Below are positions 1 through 7,236 of a stretch of 21,172 bases of DNA, piece after piece. Source of the DNA: Candidatus Hodarchaeota archaeon (GTDB lineage Archaea > Asgardarchaeota > Heimdallarchaeia > Hodarchaeales > Hodarchaeaceae). The stretch is taken from NCBI GenBank assembly GCA_029856365.1, contig JAHQWW010000065.1, forward strand, positions 1-21,172, in the 5' to 3' direction. The notes below the pieces were generated by a model. That model was not told where the DNA came from. It worked only from the letters and a program-made list of their open reading frames with translations, and ran no database searches. The number at the start of each line of letters is the position of its first letter. Position 1 is the first letter of the stretch. The translations under genes and the position numbers were made by a program.

Positions 1-540
1 ATTATCTCCTTCAATAGTACTTATAATTTGAATAACCTTTTCAGTAAGGAAATATGCATAAGGATACAATTTTTCAGTTGATACTATATCTTCAACAAAT
101 AGGATAGATACATTTTCTTCCATAAAGTCAGCAAATTTTTCTTCGAAGACGGGGTCTCGATATTCCTTGAAGATACTCTCATCCTCGAAATCCCTAAGCT
201 CAGTTCGTGGTTTAATATAAGTCCAAGTAAAATCATCAATTTTGTTTTCTATAAGGTCAATTAACTGAAAGCCTCCACGAGCTACAAATACAACAATCCA
301 TCTTTTTTTCTCAAATCTTGGATATAATAATTTCCAATCATTTTCAGCCCAAAGAGACAAATCAGCAAAATGTAGAATTTGTGATCCTTCATCTGGAGGA
401 TAGGGTCCAGAATCATAAATATAGAGCATTAGTGCTTTTTCTAACCCTGATAAAATCTCATTATAGGCTTTTTTGGCCGCATGATCTTTCTTCAGAATGT
501 CAGGGACTTCATTTTCCTTTTGACTAAGGAAGAAAACCAT
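1..540 (-). CDS. Hypothetical protein, 3'-truncated by the window edge (>=180 aa)
   Basis: Not in the ORF track; translated by hand. ATG at 540 with GGAG upstream, then open for 180 codons to position 1 (MVFFLSQKENEVPDILKKDHAAKKAYNEILSGLEKALMLYIYDSGPYPPDEG...KVIQIISTIEGDN). No family recognised. Confidence 0.8.
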   Translation of the reverse strand, partial: MVFFLSQKENEVPDILKKDHAAKKAYNEILSGLEKALMLYIYDSGPYPPDEGSQILHFADLSLWAENDWKLLYPRFEKKRWIVVFVARGGFQLIDLIENKIDDFTWTYIKPRTELRDFEDESIFKEYRDPVFEEKFADFMEENVSILFVEDIVSTEKLYPYAYFLTEKVIQIISTIEGDN

Positions 541-1001
541 CCTAATTTCTCCATATAATTATTGTGGTTCGTAGCACTAAGTAATGATGAATATCAATTG
601 AGGGAGGATATGATATGTTTTTTCTTCAATTAACGCTGAAGCTGAAGTTGTCTTTTAAAGGTGTGTAAATTAACATTATCCTTGAAAGGAAGCTCCATTA
701 ATTTTTTTCTTTTTTCGATGAAAAAAGAACCTAGTGTTTCATTCTAACAAATTTATAGCCCATCTTTTAATCAGGAGAATTATCTTGATAAAAGAAATAA
801 ACATTCGATATTAAGAACAGCAGTTCTTTAGATCATACAATACAGTTTTAATACAAAGTCATTCTCATTGAAATTCCACAGTGTAGAGAAAGAAAATTAT
901 TAGAAAAAAATACAAAGGATTAAAAAGGTAAAATAAAAGTTAATCATAATTCGACTCGGTGAAATAACTCAGATATTAATAGTCAAGGAGAATGAAAGAT
1001 T

Positions 1002-2351
1002 ATGTCATTCGTGAACGAACTTTTCGAACGACTAAGTAAATCTACAACAGCGAATGATGTTCAAGAGGCCCTTGCCTCATTAAAGAGTATCCAAGATCCT
1101 ACTGAACGTGCTAGAGCGGCTAGTGAAACTATCTCTCTCATTGACAAGTATGCTCGTGAACTATTAGGGAGAGGGCAATATAAAAATGCTGCTTACCAAT
1201 TTTTTTCGGGTGCTCAACTTATTCAGCAGTTTTTATCAGATCCGAATTCAGAAAACCAGTGGTTAAGCGCATCTGCTGACGCACTTGCAAAAGCAGCACA
1301 AGAACACATTTCATGGAAAGATCTACTTGGTGGGGCTGCATGTATGGCAATAGCCTCATTACTGAGGATCCAGACTGGAGATTGGAATGTCAGTCAACAT
1401 TTAGATGCTTTTATCAAAGGTCATGATTTTTCAGCAGATCAACCTGCAACTGCCTGTCTATATATCCCCTATGACTTGGCTGCAGCAGTAAATCCCGAAA
1501 ATCCAAATCCTAGTTCTCTTCAACGAGCTTCAAATTATACTGAGAGTTATTTACTAAACACTAAACCAGCAGCGATGTTTTATGAGGGAATTAAAAGAGC
1601 TATTGAGACAACCAGACTGAAATTAATGGATTCCGTAAAATTCCCATCAATACGGGCTGTTTATGAGTTCGACCATGATGTTATTTTTGGAGAACAATTC
1701 ACGCTAACTGTTAAACTAGAGAATGTGGGAGAAGGCCCTGCGGCTGAAGTTTCAGCTAATATTAAAATCCCTTCAACCCTCACTATTATTAGTGGATCAG
1801 ATTCAATTTCTGTTCCCCAACTAGGTGTTGGTGCCCAAACAACAGCAGAATTCATTCTCCTCTGCTCTTCTGGAGAAGGGAAAGAAGAATTAAGCGTAGA
1901 AATTCCAGTTCATGTCGATTTCCAAGATATTTTGCTGAATAAGAACTCAGTTTCCTTAGGATCCGCATTTATACCAATTAGATCTGAGAAAAAAGCTCAA
2001 AAGATACTAGATCAACTACGTATTATCGAAAATGCTATTTCAGAAGGTATCTCTCCTCTTAAATCATTATCCATCTCAGAAATCCAACCACTTTCTAGTA
2101 GTCTCCACACAATTTTGTCCAATATTAGCTCCACTATAAAAGACAACATTCAGGAAGGGGATTTTTCTGTTGCTTCCAATGGTATAAACCAGCTGAAACA
2201 AATGCAAGGTTTTATAACTCCATTAGTTAAGTTTTTGAGCCAATATAGTGAACTATACCAAAAAATGGGAGAGGATTTTCAGGTTATCAAAGAAAACACA
2301 GAGAACTTAATCAAATCATTGGATGATATAGAAAAGCAATTATCATCTTAA
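1002..2351 (+). CDS. Hypothetical 449-aa protein: N-terminal helical repeats, central Ig-like (CARDB/DUF11-like) beta-sandwich, C-terminal helical/coiled-coil region
   Basis: Long ORF with AAGGAG upstream. aa ~214-327 reads as an Ig-like fold (GEQFTLTVKLENVGEGPAAEVSANIKIPSTL...VHVDFQD). The flanks are Ala/Leu/Gln-rich amphipathic helices. No signal peptide or TM segment. Confidence 0.75.
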   Translation: MSFVNELFERLSKSTTANDVQEALASLKSIQDPTERARAASETISLIDKYARELLGRGQYKNAAYQFFSGAQLIQQFLSDPNSENQWLSASADALAKAAQEHISWKDLLGGAACMAIASLLRIQTGDWNVSQHLDAFIKGHDFSADQPATACLYIPYDLAAAVNPENPNPSSLQRASNYTESYLLNTKPAAMFYEGIKRAIETTRLKLMDSVKFPSIRAVYEFDHDVIFGEQFTLTVKLENVGEGPAAEVSANIKIPSTLTIISGSDSISVPQLGVGAQTTAEFILLCSSGEGKEELSVEIPVHVDFQDILLNKNSVSLGSAFIPIRSEKKAQKILDQLRIIENAISEGISPLKSLSISEIQPLSSSLHTILSNISSTIKDNIQEGDFSVASNGINQLKQMQGFITPLVKFLSQYSELYQKMGEDFQVIKENTENLIKSLDDIEKQLSS

Positions 2352-2423
2352 TATCATCTAACTTGATATGTAGATAGGCAAAAACTCATCAATAGAATTT
2401 GTAGAAGATTGATGGTTTCCCTC

Positions 2424-3671
2424 CTAGCTAATGAATTCCCGAAACAAGCTTGAAACCGCTTGAGGGATAGCATGGAAGCTTTTCATAAAAACCCGAGGTC
2501 TTAATGCATGCTTGAGAAGGCCTATCCCGTGAAGATCTATATGACTCGTACTTAAGGATCCACCAATGTCAGTCTCTCTTCCGATTTTTATTATTTCATT
2601 CCAAGTTTCATCAGGAAGAGGGGTCAAAATACGTCGAAATAGTTTCATTAAGCTTAAGTTTGGTTCGAAAAGAGTACGCCATTGGTTTTGATAATCTCTA
2701 CACGCTTTTAAAGAAGGTAATTCTTCTAAAATTATCTTTCTAGCCATCAAACCAGCTAAACGACCACAATAACCTCCAATGTTAATACCCCCACCTGTTG
2801 TTGCCTTTGATTGCCCTGCAGCGTCTCCAATGACCATGAAGCTTTTATGATAAGTTATTTTCACTGGCCCTGAAACAGGGACGTATCCCCCATAGCTATT
2901 TGTAATTTTACTATTTTTAAAACGATCTTTTAAGAAAGGGTGTTTTCTGAATTGTTTCAAAAAGAGACGTCTTTTTCCTTTAAATCTTGGTTCAACAGCA
3001 ATACCAAGACGTACAGAGTTCTCATTGATTGGTATAAACCAACCAAAAAAACCTGGAGCATATTTTCGCCCGAAATACAGTTCTACACAATCTGGATCAA
3101 CATCTTGAGTGTCTTCAAATTCATATTGTAAGGCGGGAAAAAGCCAGTTCCTATCAGGAGGTGATAGTCCAATCGAACGCGTTAATCGAGCATGTACTCC
3201 CTCTGCAGAAACAAGCACCTTACTCCTGTGTATCTTTTTTTTCTTTTTATGATTAATGTAAAGGATCCACCCATTATCATCGAAGTGGATTTGATTTACT
3301 CTATGTTCAAGATGGTACTCACAACCATTGGTTCTCGCACGTTCTGCAAGATAATTGTCTAAGGCCACCCGATCTATAACAACCATTGAATCTTTGCCAC
3401 GATTTATATCGAACGAGCTGAAATTTGGGGCAATAAATTTAGCTCTTTTAATTTTGTTATAATTTAGTTTTGTTAAATTTAAACCTAAGTTTCGTAGTCC
3501 ATCAGTAGCAACGAGCCCAGAACATTGTAGTGGTCTTCCAATATTAGAATGTTCCTCAAATATTGACACAGATACCCCAGGTTTATATTTTACTGATTCC
3601 CAAGCTGCACATGAACCAGCAGGCCCAGCTCCAACAATCGCTAGGTCACTGTCAAAGTTAGTTGAGCTCAT
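2424..3671 (-). CDS. Geranylgeranyl reductase family FAD-dependent oxidoreductase
   Basis: FAD-binding DLAIVGAGPAGS, PLQCSG, DRVALDNYLA, PGFFGWFIP and IGDAAGQSKATTGGGI motifs. I prefer the ATG at 3671 (MSSTNFD) to the ORF-track TTG at 3692. It lacks the exact YxWxFP of characterised DGGGPL reductases, so it may be a paralog. Confidence 0.88.
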   Translation of the reverse strand: MSSTNFDSDLAIVGAGPAGSCAAWESVKYKPGVSVSIFEEHSNIGRPLQCSGLVATDGLRNLGLNLTKLNYNKIKRAKFIAPNFSSFDINRGKDSMVVIDRVALDNYLAERARTNGCEYHLEHRVNQIHFDDNGWILYINHKKKKKIHRSKVLVSAEGVHARLTRSIGLSPPDRNWLFPALQYEFEDTQDVDPDCVELYFGRKYAPGFFGWFIPINENSVRLGIAVEPRFKGKRRLFLKQFRKHPFLKDRFKNSKITNSYGGYVPVSGPVKITYHKSFMVIGDAAGQSKATTGGGINIGGYCGRLAGLMARKIILEELPSLKACRDYQNQWRTLFEPNLSLMKLFRRILTPLPDETWNEIIKIGRETDIGGSLSTSHIDLHGIGLLKHALRPRVFMKSFHAIPQAVSSLFREFIS

Positions 3672-3850
3672 TAGAGACTTTCCAAAATACAAGCACTAAT
3701 TATTACGAAAATATGAAAAAAAAAACCGTTGTTAATACATTGAACTAATAAATAAGAGTTCTTCCCTAGGAATAAGGAAAATGGCATACCTTAACTTTAG
3801 TCTTTTTACTCTAAATATTATCAGGGTTTACGGATAAGTTTGGAAGATAT

Positions 3851-3873
3851 AAAGAAAAAAGAAAGAGAAAAAG
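3851..3873 (-). terminator. Putative archaeal oligo-pyrimidine (T-rich) terminator of the giant pilin gene
   Basis: A 23-nt pure pyrimidine, T-rich tract on the minus strand starts 2 nt after the TAA at 3876. Confidence 0.55.
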
Positions 3874-3875
3874 TG

Positions 3876-6800
3876 TTAGATTCGCTTTGAAGTAAAGAAA
3901 TCCTGTTGTGTATTCACCATTAATTCTTCCCAAAGCAAAGACAACGGTGAAATATTGTTCATTGAAGTATCAATGCGTGATGACAGAGTATCTACTGGAG
4001 AAAATGCATTTAATGAAAGTACATTAGCTCCACCGCCGCCACCACCACCACAAAGCGTTGTGATCTTGAAGTTAGTAATTCGACTGTTGTAGCTAGTATC
4101 GCCCCAGTAGAAAATTCCCCTAGTTCTACGTTGGTTCCATTGGTCATTATAGTCACGCTCTGTATAATACCAGATCGTCCACGTACTGGCGACTAGATCC
4201 TCTGCATTTAGCTGTTCAGTTATGAAATTCACTGGTCCATAGCTATATGTTCCAATATCCATGTAGACTTCAACCATAATTGCATCAGTTGTCGTGAGGT
4301 CATATTTTGAAGACAAAACCCAAGTATTAGACTGAAGACCATTGCCATCAGTTGATCTAACAACCTGTGCTGATTTTCCAGAAGTTAATTCTGTCCTTGA
4401 TGAGTCACTATGCACAACATAGATCCTTACACTCCAAGTAACAGTCAATGAGCCACTCCATCTAGCAGTTTGTTCATTCAGAGTTTGAACGCCAGTAGAT
4501 GGAGTTGTACCTAGATTATAAGCGCCCCAACCATTAACATTATGCGAATCTGATCGGAAATACCTTATCTGAGTAGTAGTTTGATAAGCTGTAATCGTTG
4601 TGTTTGCTTTCATCTGACTTGAGTAATCATTTGAAGTGCCACCTGCATAGGTAAACCCGAATTTTATTCCAACAATCATATCGTTTACGTCGAAATACCC
4701 TCCGCTATCATTAGCATAGGTTAATGTCAGTGTAGCAATCTCATTTTGATCAATACTTATCGTATTTGTTAAATCCCTTTCAGTTCCGTTTGGAAATTCA
4801 GATGGAGTAGATACATTTGTCCATCTTGGATTGATTCCTCCTATGCCTGCTGCATCTATTTGAGTTAGCAGTGGTTCACCTAAATAGGAGAGTTTGGTAT
4901 TGTCATATAAATACACAGTCATGTTGGTGACGACAGCATCCCCACCCCCATAATTTTTGATACTAACCTCAATTTGATGGTCATATGTTCCCGTAGTGTT
5001 TGCAGTTCCCATTACATGGAAGAGAGGTTTTCCTGCTTCAGATACATCAATATCTGTTTGTATAGTAGATGTCTGGCCGCTTGTATCCTCTGCTTTAACT
5101 TCAATAGTAACAGGTGTGAGCTCTATAAAATTCGTACCAGCTATAGTGCCTTCCCAAATTGCATCTGGCTGGGGGTCAATGGAGGAATCTCCCGATGTAT
5201 GCGATAAATCAAAATAATTACTCCAACCACCTTTATCAATATCGTAACGCATTTTCACAGTTCCTCTTTCAGTTATATACCTCAAAGTACTAAATGAGGG
5301 ATCATTGTCTTTCACTTTCACTCTGACTGTAACATCTTGGCCAGGAATTGTTGGGGAAGCTATTTTAGGGTCGAATGCTAGTACGTGAGGTGCTAATTCA
5401 TCTTGAACTGTAATATGATAGGGTGAACTAGCTTCTCCATCATTTGCGTTTCCAGTTGGATCAGTCGCGTTAAAGTAGTAGTCTATACCATCTACTGTTA
5501 CATTTTCTTTAGGGATAGTAAATGTCCATGAATCACCTGATTGGCCGATAAAATTTTCGACTTGCCATGAATCTGGAGTTAATAGACCCGTATCATTTCT
5601 CTCACGCCACACAAGATTTACCAAATCTACTGTATCTTTATCTTCAACATTTATAGAAAGTTCGATTGATGGGCCTTCTAGTGTGTCTGATACAACAGTC
5701 ACTGGTATGTGTCCATAGAGATTCGGTTTTGTTGTATCCAGTACCCCAGCGTCTTGATTTGCTGAAGTTTCAGGGTTATCATCGTCATCTTTTGCAGTAA
5801 CATAATAAGTAATATTGTATTGAAGAGTACTTGAATCAACAAAATCAGCCGGCATATTGCCTTCCCAGGTATCACCTGAAGGATTAGTCATTTGTGTTGG
5901 AGTATATGTAGTACTGGAATCATTTAACTTGTAATAAATATAAGCTTCTTTGACAGCAGAAACCGAAGAACCACTATCAGTAATTGTTGCATTAACTGAG
6001 AAGGATGTTCCCACCTCAGCCAGATCTAAACCATTTGTTTTACTTGCCCCTGTAATATCCGCTATTTTTGGCTTTATATAATCATTATCAATCGTAAAGT
6101 CAATCTCGGCATCTGGATAGGTACTAGCTGAAAGTCCTGCATAATCATAAACAGTCATTCTCAAGTAATATGAACCGTTGTCCAGTCCCTCTCCCTCTGC
6201 ACTATCATTAACTGTATTCCAACTCCATGGGTACCGACCTGTACCTGCCTCTGTGATACTTTTCGTTGGACGGACAATATTATTGAATTCTGAATCACTA
6301 GCAACTTCATAAGTCACTTTCTTGATCGCTGAGTTGTCCGATACCAAAGTTGGATAAATATCTTTTTTTCTTCGAATAAAATCTAATGTTCCTGTAAAAG
6401 AAATGTCAGGGCGATCTTTTGCTAGTTGCATTTCAGTTTCTACAACATTCTCCTCTCTAGTAGTATCTAGTACAGTTCCGTCATCGGTAGTAACAGTCAT
6501 TCTATAATAAATATTATTGTCATCATTTTCCTCTGGAATAGCAAATCCAGTAGATAGTAATTTTTCTGTTGTTAAGGGATCAATGACATAAGGATTATCT
6601 TTAGTAATATCTAGCCTGTCGTGAACTTTGATTTCTGTCCAGTTACCACCAATAACACTAGTAGCGTAATAGACTCTAAAAGAAATTATTTCGATTTTTC
6701 CTGTACCAGCATTTGATAGTGTTAAAGACCCTTTTCCATAGCCTTCTCCTTCGTCCGCAGCGGTAGTATAGGCATCATCATATTCAACTTCGGCATAATC

Positions 6801-6953
6801 TAACTGAAGATTGCTTGTTGGTTCTAAGAGTGGAAGAATAACCAGAAAGATAGCAGCAACTGCAGCTACCGCAAGTCCAATTAATAAAATAACAGCAATG
6901 ACGGGGGAGACAGCACGTTTCTTATTTGATAATAAAGTGCGTAATTTCATCAA
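3876..6953 (-). CDS. Giant type IV pilin/archaellin-like surface protein (class III signal peptide plus multiple Ig-like domains)
   Basis: N-terminus KKRA|VSPVIAVILLIGLAVAAVAAIFLVI matches the archaeal prepilin (PibD/FlaK substrate) consensus. The body is T/S/D-rich and beta-rich, with ~15 N-x-S/T sequons and repeated YY.(T/A).D..(G/N) strands. GGAG precedes TTG(6953)/ATG(6950). Confidence 0.85.
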   Translation of the reverse strand: MMKLRTLLSNKKRAVSPVIAVILLIGLAVAAVAAIFLVILPLLEPTSNLQLDYAEVEYDDAYTTAADEGEGYGKGSLTLSNAGTGKIEIISFRVYYATSVIGGNWTEIKVHDRLDITKDNPYVIDPLTTEKLLSTGFAIPEENDDNNIYYRMTVTTDDGTVLDTTREENVVETEMQLAKDRPDISFTGTLDFIRRKKDIYPTLVSDNSAIKKVTYEVASDSEFNNIVRPTKSITEAGTGRYPWSWNTVNDSAEGEGLDNGSYYLRMTVYDYAGLSASTYPDAEIDFTIDNDYIKPKIADITGASKTNGLDLAEVGTSFSVNATITDSGSSVSAVKEAYIYYKLNDSSTTYTPTQMTNPSGDTWEGNMPADFVDSSTLQYNITYYVTAKDDDDNPETSANQDAGVLDTTKPNLYGHIPVTVVSDTLEGPSIELSINVEDKDTVDLVNLVWRERNDTGLLTPDSWQVENFIGQSGDSWTFTIPKENVTVDGIDYYFNATDPTGNANDGEASSPYHITVQDELAPHVLAFDPKIASPTIPGQDVTVRVKVKDNDPSFSTLRYITERGTVKMRYDIDKGGWSNYFDLSHTSGDSSIDPQPDAIWEGTIAGTNFIELTPVTIEVKAEDTSGQTSTIQTDIDVSEAGKPLFHVMGTANTTGTYDHQIEVSIKNYGGGDAVVTNMTVYLYDNTKLSYLGEPLLTQIDAAGIGGINPRWTNVSTPSEFPNGTERDLTNTISIDQNEIATLTLTYANDSGGYFDVNDMIVGIKFGFTYAGGTSNDYSSQMKANTTITAYQTTTQIRYFRSDSHNVNGWGAYNLGTTPSTGVQTLNEQTARWSGSLTVTWSVRIYVVHSDSSRTELTSGKSAQVVRSTDGNGLQSNTWVLSSKYDLTTTDAIMVEVYMDIGTYSYGPVNFITEQLNAEDLVASTWTIWYYTERDYNDQWNQRRTRGIFYWGDTSYNSRITNFKITTLCGGGGGGGANVLSLNAFSPVDTLSSRIDTSMNNISPLSLLWEELMVNTQQDFFTSKRI

Positions 6954-6999
6954 TAAATTTCTCCAAACAAATTTTTTGAATATTATTACTATGGCGTCC

Positions 7000-7096
7000 C
7001 CAAGATTCTAAATTGTATAAATCTTGGAAGATATTCATATTTGAATGATTTATATTCCCTCAATATAAAAGAATTTTGAAACCCTATTTTCTAGGG
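7000..7096. promoter_or_regulatory. Divergent promoter region with four consecutive inverted repeats and TATA-like boxes
   Basis: CCAAGATT-N12-AATCTTGG (7000-7027), ATTCA-N4-TGAAT (7033-7046), TTTATATT-N5-AATATAAA (7049-7069), CCCTA-N5-TAGGG (7082-7096). The repeats are seen directly; their function is inferred. Confidence 0.4.
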
Positions 7097-7236
7097 AATT
7101 GTTTTGAAGACCTCACATTTTTCCATATTTTATATTGTCAAGTGTTAAAAGGATTTTTTTCCTTATCTTCAGCAGAAATAATTTGAAACATCAATAATCT
7201 TTAGTAAAGCAAGGTCAAATCTTTTAATGTATATAG

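Noticed and set aside
541-1001. tRNA or other structured RNA in the long first intergenic region
   Set aside because: Very AT-rich, with no cloverleaf, T-loop consensus or stable GC stems visible.
3876-4052. Cys968 as the start of an intein/Hint autoprocessing domain
   Set aside because: Only 57 residues follow, with no Hint blocks or terminal His-Asn.
3762-7098. TTCCCTAG (3762-3769) and CTAGGGAA (7091-7098) as inverted repeats of an invertible or mobile pilin cassette
   Set aside because: Only 8 bp match perfectly, there is no recombinase or transposase in the window, and I saw no target-site duplication. Compatible with chance.
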